The position numbers were made by a program, and so were the translations under genes. The notes under the pieces are model-generated. The model had not been told where the DNA came from and did not search any database. It saw only the letters and a list, made by a program, of their open reading frames with translations. Shown here piece after piece: positions 29,221-38,899 of a stretch of 64,000 nucleotides of DNA (positions within the stretch are counted from its first letter, which is position 1; each line of letters starts with the position of its first letter). The stretch covers positions 480,001-544,000 of the forward strand of contig CAWIPH010000002.1 of the NCBI GenBank assembly GCA_963837955.1. Reading direction: 5' to 3'. The DNA comes from an uncultured Verrucomicrobiae bacterium (GTDB lineage Bacteria; Verrucomicrobiota; Verrucomicrobiia; Chthoniobacterales; JAFAMB01).

Positions 29221-30660
29221 TTACTTGCCAGTCTTAACGATAGAGTAGGTCTTTATACCTTTACGGTCCAGCAAAAGAAGCAGGCTCGCTTTCCCTTTTT
29301 GCTCGGACATTGCCTTCTGGAAAGCGTCCAGGTTGAGTACAACGGTTCGACCCACCTCCGTGATAACATCCCCCGGTTGGATATCAGCCACCGCAGCCGG
29401 ACTATTTGGCACCACATCTGTTACCACTACCCCAGTATCGGATTTCAAAGCCAATTCCTGTTTCAACTCAGGGCTCACATCCTGCACTTCGACGCCAAAC
29501 GAAGTGTTGCTAGTTTGCGGGGAGGGGGCAACGCTCGGCGCGACGGAAGCGTGCTCAGCCTCGGTCGGAAGCTCTTCTGTTTTGACCGGAAGAGTAATCT
29601 TCTTTCCGCTGCGCCAGATTCCCAGATTCACCTGATCGCCCACTTTTTTCTTTAAGATTTCCCGCTGAAGTTCCCTGGCCGAAGCTACCGGTACTCCGTC
29701 TACTTCCGTGATGACGTCCGCCGGCCGAAGCTCGCTTTTCGCGGCCGGAGTATCCGCTTGAATTGTCCGGATGACGACCCCTCTATCCACTCCTTTAAAC
29801 AAGTCTCCCCGGTTTTGCTCCGTTAGCGATTCGATAATAATACCTAGCCATGGACGAACGATCCTTCCAGTGTTGATCAATTGATCGCTGACCTGTTTGG
29901 CGAGGTTGCTCGAAATGGCAAAACCGAGTCCGCGATTCAAGCCGTGGATCAAAGTATTCATGCCGACCACTTTGGCGTCGATATCGCAGAGCGGACCTCC
30001 GCTATTCCCAGGATTAATTGCTGCGTCCGTTTGGATATAATCCTCATACTTATCAGCCAAAAGCTCATTGCGGCCCTTCGCGCTTACCACTCCGGTCGTA
30101 AATGTGTACTCAAACTTATAAGGAGCACCGATTGCGCAGACGAGTTGCCCGACTTTGACCTCGTCGCTGTTGGCCAGCTCAACAATCGGTAAATTGGTCG
30201 CTTCGACCTTGATCACTGCGATATCCGTTCGGTCGTCGGAGCCGATAACCTTCCCGGGCAGGACGCGACCATCTTTGAACTTTACCTGAATCCGGTCAGC
30301 GCCATCGATTACGTGATTATTGGTCAGGATATATCCGTCCGCACGAATGACGAATCCGGAACCCTCGCTCTGGTCCGGTTGCTCGGTGCCTTCATCGCCT
30401 TTCGGGCCTTTGAAAAAGAAATCAAAGCCCTCAAATGGGTTGTTCGTGTTGCTGGAGGTCGCGGATTTCGCCACGTCGATCACCACCACTGTGGGTGACA
30501 CGCGGTCGTAAACTTGTTCGAATGCCTCGTTGAGCTGATGTACGAGATCTTTACCCGTATTTGTCCCAGTGTTCTGCGCCGTTACCGAACCGGGAACAAT
30601 GGCGGCCAACCCGCTCAGCGAAAGCAAGAGAGCGCGTGCAATGACGATCCTCATATTCAA
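29221..30660 (-). CDS. degP: DegP/HtrA-family serine protease with two PDZ domains
   Basis: Signal peptide; GSGFV, TNNHV, TDIAV, IQTDAAINPGNSGGPL; two PDZ repeats. Confidence 0.9.
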   Translation of the reverse strand: MNMRIVIARALLLSLSGLAAIVPGSVTAQNTGTNTGKDLVHQLNEAFEQVYDRVSPTVVVIDVAKSATSSNTNNPFEGFDFFFKGPKGDEGTEQPDQSEGSGFVIRADGYILTNNHVIDGADRIQVKFKDGRVLPGKVIGSDDRTDIAVIKVEATNLPIVELANSDEVKVGQLVCAIGAPYKFEYTFTTGVVSAKGRNELLADKYEDYIQTDAAINPGNSGGPLCDIDAKVVGMNTLIHGLNRGLGFAISSNLAKQVSDQLINTGRIVRPWLGIIIESLTEQNRGDLFKGVDRGVVIRTIQADTPAAKSELRPADVITEVDGVPVASARELQREILKKKVGDQVNLGIWRSGKKITLPVKTEELPTEAEHASVAPSVAPSPQTSNTSFGVEVQDVSPELKQELALKSDTGVVVTDVVPNSPAAVADIQPGDVITEVGRTVVLNLDAFQKAMSEQKGKASLLLLLDRKGIKTYSIVKTGK

Positions 30661-30786
30661 AATTTAACCCACAGCATTTTACGAATTCGTCAGCCTTGGC
30701 TCGAGCTCGCGGTACAGGGAGTTGCCCATAGGAGATAAAACGATTTGCCTCCGAAACAAGAGGAAACTTTCCGTCTTCCCGTCCAA

Positions 30787-30814
30787 TTGACAACCCAGAT
30801 CAGCCATCTAAAGT
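30787..30814 (+). promoter_or_regulatory. Putative sigma-70 promoter for the KamA-family gene
   Basis: TTGACA-16 bp-TAAAGT, 21 bp upstream of the ATG. Confidence 0.45.
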
Positions 30815-30835
30815 GTACCAACTAGTCAACAAATC

Positions 30836-32032
30836 ATGTATCATTTAGCTGAAACCGCTGACAAGCGGTTTGTCTCCCACGCGCCAGGTCACTGGCCCGA
30901 GGTCGATCCGGATCTCTGGAACGACTGGAAATGGCAACTCAAAAATCGGGTCACGACCATTGAACAGCTTGCTGGCAAGATCGACCTCGCCAACGAAGAG
31001 CGGGCCGGTGTGCTCTTCTCTGGAAGCAAGCTTGCTCTCGCGGTCACTCCTCATTTCTTCAATCTCATCGATCCAACCGATCTCAATTGTCCTATCCGGC
31101 GACAGGTCATTCCCCGAATCGAAGAATCGGTTCGAGCCCCACTCGAAATGGCCGATCCATGCGGCGAAGACAGCCACATGCCGGTACCGGGCTTGGTGCA
31201 CCGATATCCAGATCGAGTTTTGTTCCTGGTCACTGACCGATGCGCTTCCTACTGCCGGTACTGCACAAGAAGCCGGGTCGTCAGCGGCGTCGGGGAACAA
31301 GAACTTCATACCGAATTTGAAGAGGTTTACCGTTATCTGGAGGCCCATACTGAGGTCCGCGACGTCCTTCTCTCCGGCGGAGACGCCCTTCTGTTTTCCG
31401 ATGATAAATTGAAAGGAATTCTGCAGCGGCTCCGAGCAATCCCGCATATCGAGTTTTTACGGATTGGTACCCGCGTGCCGATCTTCTTACCCCAGCGGAT
31501 TACGCCTGAACTGTGTCAGATGCTGCAACAGTTCCATCCGCTATGGATGAGCGTGCACGTCAATCATCCTCGCGAATTGACTCTGGAGGTCAAAGCGGGG
31601 CTCGAGCGCTTGGCAAACCATGGTATTCCTCTAGGCAACCAAAGCGTTCTGCTAAAAGGGGTAAACGACGATGTCGAAGTGATGCGGACTTTGGTGCACA
31701 AACTTTTGCGTTGCCGGGTCCGACCTTACTATCTCTATCAATGCGATCTGATCCATGGATCTGCCCACTTGCGCACCTCCGTCGCAAAAGGGATCGAGAT
31801 CATTGAAGGGCTGCGCGGACATACCTCCGGGTACGCCATTCCTCAGTTTGTCATCGACGCCCCGGGCGGTGGAGGCAAGGTTCCGATCAATCCCGGTTAC
31901 GTTCTGTATCACGATCAGGAGAAAGTCGTCATCCGGAATTATGAAGGGAAGATCTTCGAATATCCGGAGCAAGACCAACCCGTGACGTCGTTCCGGGTTC
32001 AGGAGCCGGTTGACGAGTTCCTTTTCTCTTAG
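30836..32032 (+). CDS. KamA family radical SAM protein (lysine 2,3-aminomutase-like)
   Basis: WNDWKWQL, GLVHRYPDRVL, CASYCRYCTR, LSGGD, NQSVLLKGVND, DAPGGGGK. Confidence 0.93.
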   Translation: MYHLAETADKRFVSHAPGHWPEVDPDLWNDWKWQLKNRVTTIEQLAGKIDLANEERAGVLFSGSKLALAVTPHFFNLIDPTDLNCPIRRQVIPRIEESVRAPLEMADPCGEDSHMPVPGLVHRYPDRVLFLVTDRCASYCRYCTRSRVVSGVGEQELHTEFEEVYRYLEAHTEVRDVLLSGGDALLFSDDKLKGILQRLRAIPHIEFLRIGTRVPIFLPQRITPELCQMLQQFHPLWMSVHVNHPRELTLEVKAGLERLANHGIPLGNQSVLLKGVNDDVEVMRTLVHKLLRCRVRPYYLYQCDLIHGSAHLRTSVAKGIEIIEGLRGHTSGYAIPQFVIDAPGGGGKVPINPGYVLYHDQEKVVIRNYEGKIFEYPEQDQPVTSFRVQEPVDEFLFS

Positions 32033-32081
32033 CCGGTAGGTCCGGCTTCGCCGAAACGATTGTGAAAGGTGAGAAGTGATT

Positions 32082-32138
32082 GGTGAATGCCGGGAGATCT
32101 CTGCCGAGGATTTGCCAATAGGCATCCAACCCTCTCAC
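32082..32138. repeat. Dispersed ~55-bp repeat (second copy at 34853-34910)
   Basis: GGTGAATG..GAGATCTCTGYCGAGGATTTGCCRATAGGCATCCA..CCTCTCAC in both places. Confidence 0.8.
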
Positions 32139-32250
32139 TAATCACCAATCACCGATCACTGAGATACCCCCTGAGCTTTCAGCGCAGGGGAAAGCATGTC
32201 CCGACCAACCCCTTTTGCATTTAGCGCTAGATCCGGGCTAATCTGTTTCG

Positions 32251-33420
32251 ATGGCGGGAATTGTTGTTCGACCGAGATCGCGAATTTTTCATGGCCATGA
32301 TTGGGTCTATCAAACCGAAGTTCTAAAAGCCTTCGGCGACCCGGAGCCTGGTGAGGTGATTTCGCTTAAAGATGGCCGGGATCGACTGTTGGGGAGCGCA
32401 ATTTATAATCCGCGATCGCAAATTGTCGCTCGCCGCTTTTCCCGTCAGCGCCAAGACCTCGATCTCGATTTCTTCATTCGGCGCATTCAGCAGGCCGCTA
32501 CTTTCCGCAAAGAATGGGTGAATGACCGCAACCCCGGGCGGGTCGTCTGGAGCGAAAGTGATGGTCTGCCGGGAGTGATTATAGATCGTTACGGCTCCCA
32601 TTTCGTATTGCAGACGCTGACCTTGGCGATGGACCAGCGCAAATCTCTCATCGGAGAGGCTCTCCGACAGCTATTTTCACCGGATTCACTTGTCGAACGT
32701 AACGACGTGCCAGTCCGCAAAGCCGAGGGCCTGCCTTTGGTCGCTGGGTTGCTTTTCGGCCAGGTCCCCGAAACGCTGGAAATCGATGTGGGAGGCACGC
32801 GGTTTCAGATCAATCTGCAAAGCGGGCAAAAGACGGGCTTCTATTTAGATCAGATTGATAATTATGCCGAGGTCGCCCGATTAGCGGTCGGGAAGCGCGT
32901 GCTCGATTGTTTTTCCAACCAGGGCGCTTTTGCCCTCGCCTGTGCCCGAGCTGGCGCAGCCAGTCTTACAACCGTGGAGAGCAACGAATCTCTTACCAAG
33001 GCGATAGAGCAAAATGCTCGCTTAAACGGCGTTCAAATTGACGCGCGAAGCGCAAATGTTTTTGACTTTCTCACTGAGCAAATTGAGCGGGAGTCGCGGT
33101 ACGATCTTATCGTTCTCGATCCTCCATCGTTTGCTAAGTCGCGCGACGCTCTGAGTAGTGCCTGGCGTGGTTACAAAGAGATTCATCTGCGCGCGCTGCA
33201 GCTCCTTTCCGAGGAGGGGTTACTTGTCACCTTTTCCTGTTCGCATCACGTGACTCGGCAGATGCTGCTGGAGGTTGTCGTCGGAGCGAGCGTGGACGCT
33301 AAACGGCATCTACGAATGATAAAGTCCCTCGGGCAACCGCTTGATCATCCGATCTTAGCACATCTGCCTGAGACCGAATATTTGAAGGGATTTATTTTCC
33401 AGCGACTACCGGGCAGGTAA
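32251..33420 (+). CDS. rlmI: Class I SAM-dependent rRNA methyltransferase, RlmI-like
   Basis: GHDWVY, SESDGLPG..DRY, GQKTGFYLDQ, LDPPSF, FSCS, PETEYLKG. Confidence 0.85.
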   Translation: MAGIVVRPRSRIFHGHDWVYQTEVLKAFGDPEPGEVISLKDGRDRLLGSAIYNPRSQIVARRFSRQRQDLDLDFFIRRIQQAATFRKEWVNDRNPGRVVWSESDGLPGVIIDRYGSHFVLQTLTLAMDQRKSLIGEALRQLFSPDSLVERNDVPVRKAEGLPLVAGLLFGQVPETLEIDVGGTRFQINLQSGQKTGFYLDQIDNYAEVARLAVGKRVLDCFSNQGAFALACARAGAASLTTVESNESLTKAIEQNARLNGVQIDARSANVFDFLTEQIERESRYDLIVLDPPSFAKSRDALSSAWRGYKEIHLRALQLLSEEGLLVTFSCSHHVTRQMLLEVVVGASVDAKRHLRMIKSLGQPLDHPILAHLPETEYLKGFIFQRLPGR

Positions 33421-33689
33421 AAGTGGCCGGTAGCCAAGGGGAGAACTGAGGTGTATCGCCGTAACGCGCTTCATCTTGCTATTCAATAGGCCGTCAGGCC
33501 TTATTTGCTATCTGCTATTTGCTATTTGTCATCTGTCATTTGTGATTCGCTTCGACCGGGAGGAGGACCGAAAGAAATCGTGGAGCCATCAAAATGCATT
33601 TAATCGACGACCGCAACAAACTATGATAGGAAGTTGTCAAGCAGCTTTCAGTTGCAGCCAGTTCGGGTTGCAGGAATGATGAAGGCGCG

Positions 33690-34313
33690 ATGTCGGACAG
33701 CATGAAAGAGCCGTTTCTCGATCTCCGCGGAGGCGAAAATTCATCTTCGGACGAGCTCGATTCTCAGGTACAGCGAGCCCAAGAGCAGTTGCTGCAGCTC
33801 AAGCGGCAACAGGAGGCGATCGAGAAACAAAAGCGAGAACTTGAAGAGTTAAGTCGCAAGCAGGATGAGCTGGAAAAGGGCCGCGCCGAGATGGTCGAGA
33901 AGCTCAGCCGGTCCCTGGTTGTGATTGAGCGCCAGACCTACGATGCCGAGAAACGAGTCGAACAACTCAAATCTTCGTCTCTGGCCTTTTCGCAACACCT
34001 CCGGGTACTCGAGCGCATCGACCCGAAAGCTTGGACTAACGACGATCTTCACAAAGAGCTGAGCAAAGCATTGAGTTCGGTCGACGATGCTCGGGCCGAA
34101 TACGGTAAATCGATTACGAAAATAAATGCGGGATCCGAAGACGAAGTCATCGACCCGCATGCATCAACCGAATACGGCGAATACGTGGCCGGTGAAGAAA
34201 CCAGTTTCGTAGCATGGTTTAAGCGGGGATTGGCATTTACTTTGCCGCTTATTCTCTTTGGCCTGATTGCGCTAGTTGCCTTTATCGTGTTTCACTTTGT
34301 GGTGTCGAAGTGA
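33690..34313 (+). CDS. Hypothetical coiled-coil protein with a C-terminal TM anchor
   Basis: Q/E/K-rich heptads and a single hydrophobic C-terminal segment. Confidence 0.8.
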   Translation: MSDSMKEPFLDLRGGENSSSDELDSQVQRAQEQLLQLKRQQEAIEKQKRELEELSRKQDELEKGRAEMVEKLSRSLVVIERQTYDAEKRVEQLKSSSLAFSQHLRVLERIDPKAWTNDDLHKELSKALSSVDDARAEYGKSITKINAGSEDEVIDPHASTEYGEYVAGEETSFVAWFKRGLAFTLPLILFGLIALVAFIVFHFVVSK

Positions 34314-34690
34314 TGACCCGCAAACGCTTATCCGCGTCTCCCATCAAAGCCAAAAGGGAGGAGTTGGCTAAACAAGAAGCCGATCTTCGCCGGCAAATGG
34401 AAAATCTGGAGCAGCTCATTGCAGATGCTCCAAAGCTGGCGGAGGCCGAACTCGAACGTCAGCGCCAGGAGCAGATCGCGCGAGCTTCGGTGCGAAGGAG
34501 TCCACTCGACTCCCCCGATATCCTGGAGGATGTGCGCCACGACGCGGAATTGTTTTCGGAACGGCGACGACGACCTCGGCGGGCTCAGCGAAGAGCGGCG
34601 CGCATGCGCTTGGTAGCGCTGGTCCTGACGATAATGATTCTGGGCGCCCTGGTTGTTTTTCTGGCGATCCAATTGGTCAACCGGCTGTGA
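34310..34690 (+). CDS. Hypothetical coiled-coil protein with a C-terminal TM anchor
   Basis: Coiled coil, Arg-rich stretch, C-terminal hydrophobic helix; GTGA overlap with the upstream gene. Confidence 0.75.
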   Translation: MMTRKRLSASPIKAKREELAKQEADLRRQMENLEQLIADAPKLAEAELERQRQEQIARASVRRSPLDSPDILEDVRHDAELFSERRRRPRRAQRRAARMRLVALVLTIMILGALVVFLAIQLVNRL

Positions 34691-34691
34691 T

Positions 34692-34730
34692 CGGTAGGGC
34701 CGAGCTCCCGCTCGGCCGTAGCCTGATCCC
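34692..34730. repeat. GTAG-type REP
   Basis: CGGTAGGGCCGAGCTCCCGCTCGGCCGTAGCCTGA; same architecture as the copies at 14016 and 36741. Confidence 0.7.
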
Positions 34731-34752
34731 GCCGTCGCTTCGCTGCGCGCCA

Positions 34753-34828
34753 TATAAGTCACACGCGACCCATAAGTCACATACGACCCATAAGTCACAT
34801 ACGACCCATAAGTCACATGCGACCCATA
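34753..34828. repeat. 18-bp tandem repeat (CATAAGTCACATACGACC), about 4 copies
   Basis: Units start at 34753, 34771, 34789 and 34807; no unique spacers between them. Confidence 0.9.
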
Positions 34829-34999
34829 GTCCTAGGGCCCCCCAAATAGCTCGGTGAATGGTATGAGATCTCTGTCGAGGATTTGCCGATAGGCATCCAC
34901 CACCTCTCACAACACGCTCCCGGGGACGAAGGAGGGAGCATCGGCCTACGACGTTAACAATTTGTACGCCCCAATTTTTCGCTGTACTGATCACCAGGA

Positions 35000-35287
35000 A
35001 TGAGCTCCACGAAATTTGACGTTCAGTATGTAGCCGAGCTAGCTCGGATTAAGCTGACTCCAGCCGAGATCAATACCTTTCAATCTCAACTCGCGCACGT
35101 CCTGGAACATGTCGAAAAACTAAATCAGCTCGACCTGACGAACGTGGAGCCGACCGCACATAGTTTTCCGATTTACAATGTGTTCCGCGAAGATCAGCTG
35201 CAACCGTGTTTGCCGCGTGATCTGGCTTTGGCGAATGCGCCGCGTCAGGCGCATGGGCTTTTTATCGTGACCAAAGTCGTGGAGTAG
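35000..35287 (+). CDS. gatC: Asp/Glu-tRNA amidotransferase subunit C
   Basis: VQYVAELARI, VEPT, REDQ, ALANAP; lies directly upstream of gatA. Confidence 0.93.
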   Translation: MSSTKFDVQYVAELARIKLTPAEINTFQSQLAHVLEHVEKLNQLDLTNVEPTAHSFPIYNVFREDQLQPCLPRDLALANAPRQAHGLFIVTKVVE

Positions 35288-35291
35288 AGCT

Positions 35292-36740
35292 GTGGAAATC
35301 ACGTCACTCACACTTCACGAAACTCGCGAACTACTGAAGTCGAAAAAAGTCTCTCCTCGCGAGGTGATCGAAGCGCTTTGCACGCGGATCGAAGAAGTCG
35401 ATTCGAAAATCCACGGATACTTATCTTATGACCCTGAGAAAGCGATTGCCGACGCCACCAAGGCGGATGTCAGTTTGCCTTTGGGCGGCGTACCGATTGC
35501 GATTAAGGACGTAATCAATGTCGCTGGCCATCCGTGCGGTTGCGCGTCGAAAATCCTGCAAGGCTATATCGCTCCTTACGACGCCACGGTCATTAGCCGT
35601 CTTAGGGCGGCTGGGGCAATTCCGTTTGGACGCACCAACATGGATGAATTTGCCATGGGATCTTCCACCGAAAACTCGGCTTTTGGACCCAGCAGAAATC
35701 CTTGGGACACCGAGAGAATTCCAGGTGGATCTAGTGGCGGCTCAGCAGCTGTCGTTGCCGCGGACGAGGCTTTCGCAGCGCTTGGCTCCGACACGGGGGG
35801 ATCAATTCGTCAGCCGGCGGCTCTTTGCGGCTCTGTCGGGCTCAAACCGACCTACGGGCGCGTTTCTCGATTCGGCTTAGTGGCCTTCGCCTCCTCCCTC
35901 GACCAGATCGGTCCACTCACCAAAGATGTCGAGGATGCGGCTCTATTAATGAATGTGATCGCGGGCGGTGACCCGGCCGATTCAACCTGCCTGGATCATT
36001 CTGTCCCGGATTACACCGCTCAGTTAGGGAAAGGCGTTAAAGGACTTCGCCTTGGACTGCCCAAGGAATACTTCATCGAGGGTCTCGACCCTGAGGTTGA
36101 GCAGCGGGTGCGCGAGGCGGTGCAGCACCTGGAAAAGCTCGGCGCGAAAGTAGTGGATATTTCACTCCCTCACACCGAACACGCGCTCAGCACTTATTAT
36201 CTGATCGCTCCGGCAGAAGCATCGGCCAACTTGGCGCGATTTGATGGAGTGCGTTACGGATTTCGCGCCAGCGAAATCAATGGCTTGCTTGACCATTACG
36301 GTAAGACCCGAGAGGAGGGTTTCGGTCCGGAGGTGAAGCGCAGGATCATCCTCGGGACATATGCTCTTAGCTCCGGGTATTACGACGCCTTTTACCTCAA
36401 AGCCCAAAAGGTGAGGACCTTAATTCGTCGCGATTTCAGCGATGCTTTTGCCCAGGTTGACGCAATCGTTTGCCCGACTTCGCCGACCCCTGCATTCAAG
36501 CTGGGAGAACGCACGGCCGATCCGCTCAGTATGTATTTGGCAGACATCTTTACCCTGGCGGCGAACATGGCCGGAATTTGTGGAGTTAGCATCCCCTGCG
36601 GATTTGCGACCTCTGGGGAAAAGCAACTTCCGGTTGGTTTGCAGATCTTGGGGAAAGCCCTTGATGAAGCCACTATCTTACGTGTTGCCCACGCCTATGA
36701 GCAAAATACCGAGTGGCACCGGCTGAAACCGAAGCTTTGA
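35292..36740 (+). CDS. gatA: Asp/Glu-tRNA amidotransferase subunit A
   Basis: NMDEFAMGSSTE, PGGSSGGSA, GSDTGGSIRQPA, GFGPEVKRRIILGTYALS. Confidence 0.97.
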   Translation: MEITSLTLHETRELLKSKKVSPREVIEALCTRIEEVDSKIHGYLSYDPEKAIADATKADVSLPLGGVPIAIKDVINVAGHPCGCASKILQGYIAPYDATVISRLRAAGAIPFGRTNMDEFAMGSSTENSAFGPSRNPWDTERIPGGSSGGSAAVVAADEAFAALGSDTGGSIRQPAALCGSVGLKPTYGRVSRFGLVAFASSLDQIGPLTKDVEDAALLMNVIAGGDPADSTCLDHSVPDYTAQLGKGVKGLRLGLPKEYFIEGLDPEVEQRVREAVQHLEKLGAKVVDISLPHTEHALSTYYLIAPAEASANLARFDGVRYGFRASEINGLLDHYGKTREEGFGPEVKRRIILGTYALSSGYYDAFYLKAQKVRTLIRRDFSDAFAQVDAIVCPTSPTPAFKLGERTADPLSMYLADIFTLAANMAGICGVSIPCGFATSGEKQLPVGLQILGKALDEATILRVAHAYEQNTEWHRLKPKL

Positions 36741-36790
36741 CGGTAGAGACACGCTCCCGCGTGTCCGTTTCGTAACGGTGTAGCCTGACC
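36741..36790. repeat. GTAG-type REP
   Basis: CGGTAGAGACACGCTCCCGCGTGTCCG...TGTAGCCTGAC immediately after the gatA stop codon. Confidence 0.65.
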
Positions 36791-36946
36791 TTTGTTTTTG
36801 TTCTTGTTCTGGTCGCGGTCGTTGTGCTTGCGCGTCTCGGACAAGGCGGCAGCAGGATGCTGGTGAGAGAGGAGAAAATGTCGGCCGCCTCTGCCGGGTG
36901 CCGCCCAGACAGGCTCAGAAGTACTCGGCACGATGTTAGAGGGACG

Positions 36947-37627
36947 TCAGGAGATGACGCCCCGAGGGCGACGCTCGTGAGCCGTTTTGTGATTCGAGTC
37001 AGGAGCCCTTGAAGGCCACGCTCGCATTGCCACTCGGCAAATCGCCAGAAGTTGTTTTCGCGATGCGCCATCACGCGCCTGGACAGCCATCCCGCGAATA
37101 ACGGTGTCGAAGTAGGCAGCGAGTTCTTTAACGTTTGTTCCCGGGGGAAGATCACCGTCAGAAATTCCCTTTCGCAGCCGCCTGGCCAATGCCTGCTCGA
37201 AAAGCTTGCGCAAGCTTTTGGTGAAATCGGCCACCGATCGCAAATGCGGCGGAAGATGCGTGCCCGCTAACGAAATCATACAGCCGGCGGGAGATGCGTC
37301 ATTCGTGAAGAATGCGGCTGCTTCTTCGATGAGCGCCTCGAAAGCGGCGCGGGTGTCCCGATGACTTGAGAAGCCGCGCAAATAGCTTGAGGACACGTTC
37401 AAATAATAATCAACAGCTTCTCGGTACAACTGCTCTTTGCTGCCGAACTCGTGATAGAAGCTCGACGGGCTTAGCTTCATCGCCCCGATCAGATCATCGA
37501 AGGTGGTTCCTTCGTACCCACGATCCCAGAAAAGCACCATCGCCTGCTGGATGGCAGCAGTTCGGTCGAACAATCTGGGTCGCCCTCGTCCACGCTTCAC
37601 AGACTTCGTCTGTTTCGACTCCGACAT
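36947..37627 (-). CDS. TetR/AcrR family transcriptional regulator (ComR/NemR-like)
   Basis: RGRPRLFDR..FWDRGYEGT...SFYHEFGSKEQLY, GCMI, GMAVQARDG; start MSESK at 37627. Confidence 0.92.
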   Translation of the reverse strand: MSESKQTKSVKRGRGRPRLFDRTAAIQQAMVLFWDRGYEGTTFDDLIGAMKLSPSSFYHEFGSKEQLYREAVDYYLNVSSSYLRGFSSHRDTRAAFEALIEEAAAFFTNDASPAGCMISLAGTHLPPHLRSVADFTKSLRKLFEQALARRLRKGISDGDLPPGTNVKELAAYFDTVIRGMAVQARDGASRKQLLAICRVAMRAWPSRAPDSNHKTAHERRPRGVIS

Positions 37628-37844
37628 GGAAATTTCTATTAAATGCCTTTCTGTCCTACCCAAGAAGATAATGCCAGACGTTCTTCGGTCCACTATTCCC
37701 GGGCTCGGCAGGCGGATCGGAGACAAAGCCCGTCCGATCTAGTGGCTCTCCACGTTGAACTAGCGGTCGTGCCAGACGAGACGAACGACCTTTGACGCGG
37801 TGTTGGATTTTTTTTGACATCGCCAAGATTCGAGCCACAGTCAT

Positions 37845-37867
37845 TTATGGAGCTATCGCTCCAATAA
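37845..37867. promoter_or_regulatory. Putative TetR operator palindrome
   Basis: TGGAGC-TATC-GCTCCA with AT-rich flanks, between the divergent tetR and MBL genes and downstream of TTGACA (37814-37819). Confidence 0.55.
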
Positions 37868-37905
37868 TCGACTTTATACTGTGAGACCTAAACCTGGAGA
37901 TAGAC

Positions 37906-38868
37906 ATGATTAAGTCCCCGACGATCCTAACCCCCGCCTCGGCCCAGGCCGAGGACGCCCGTCAAGCCGGCGCGGAACTCTTAAACGGCAATGGCTTCTA
38001 TCGCTTCAAGATCGGCGACCTCCAGGCGACCGTGATCGGGGATGGTTATCTGGAGATTCCGGTCGGGCCTATCTTTGCCATAAACGCCACCGAAGCTGAA
38101 CTCGCTCCGGTGTTGGCGGCAAACTTCATGCCGCCGGTGATCCAGGTTACAAACAATGTATTGGTAGTCGACACAGGACGGGAGCGTATCCTTGTCGATA
38201 CCGGTTTTGGTGAGATACTCGGCCCGTCCTTCGGAAACTTTCCCAGGATCGAGGCGAACCTGTGCCGGGCCGGAATGGCGCCGGAGAGCATAGATTTGGT
38301 CGTGGCGTCGCACGGTCACATGGACCATATCGGCGGCTTGGTGACGAAATCGGGCGCGCTGGCGTTTCCGAAGGCTCAGTTTGTCTTTGTTGATACGGAA
38401 TGGAACTACTGGACCGGCAGCCGATTCGAAAGCGAGGTCAACAGTTCGATGCTGCCCGACCCGTTCAAGAAAGGTACAATTTGGGCAGCTCGAGAGAACC
38501 TGCCGCTGGTCGCCGAACGATCGCGGTTCGTGAAGCAAGGCGGCGAAATCACGAGCGGCGTGAACTATATTGCAGCGCCGGGACATTCGCCGTTCCATGC
38601 TGCAATCTTGTTTACGTCGGGCAAGGAGCAGTTCATGCATATGGGTGACATCGCCCATAACCCAGTGACGAGCTTGCAGTGCCCAGACTGGACGCCCGCC
38701 TTAGACTACGAACCCGCGCAGGCGATCAAGTCGCGCAAGGCCATTCTGGACCGCGTCGCGACCGATCGGGTCATGGCGATGGGTTTTCATTTTCCGTTCC
38801 CGGCTATTGGACATGTTGTCCGACACAACATGGCATATCGCTGGGAGGCTACTCCCTGGGCCTGGTAG
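37906..38868 (+). CDS. MBL-fold metallo-hydrolase
   Basis: LVDTG, SHGHMDHIGG, APGHSPFH, GD, FHFPFP. Confidence 0.92.
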   Translation: MIKSPTILTPASAQAEDARQAGAELLNGNGFYRFKIGDLQATVIGDGYLEIPVGPIFAINATEAELAPVLAANFMPPVIQVTNNVLVVDTGRERILVDTGFGEILGPSFGNFPRIEANLCRAGMAPESIDLVVASHGHMDHIGGLVTKSGALAFPKAQFVFVDTEWNYWTGSRFESEVNSSMLPDPFKKGTIWAARENLPLVAERSRFVKQGGEITSGVNYIAAPGHSPFHAAILFTSGKEQFMHMGDIAHNPVTSLQCPDWTPALDYEPAQAIKSRKAILDRVATDRVMAMGFHFPFPAIGHVVRHNMAYRWEATPWAW

Positions 38869-38899
38869 CGAGTGGATCACATCTCTCCGGAGGCACGCG

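Noticed and set aside
30836..32032. EF-P beta-lysylation (epmB) locus
   Set aside because: No efp or epmA is adjacent, so the gene is left as KamA family
34753..34828. Possible CRISPR array
   Set aside because: The 18-bp units are contiguous with no unique spacers, and there are no cas genes in the window
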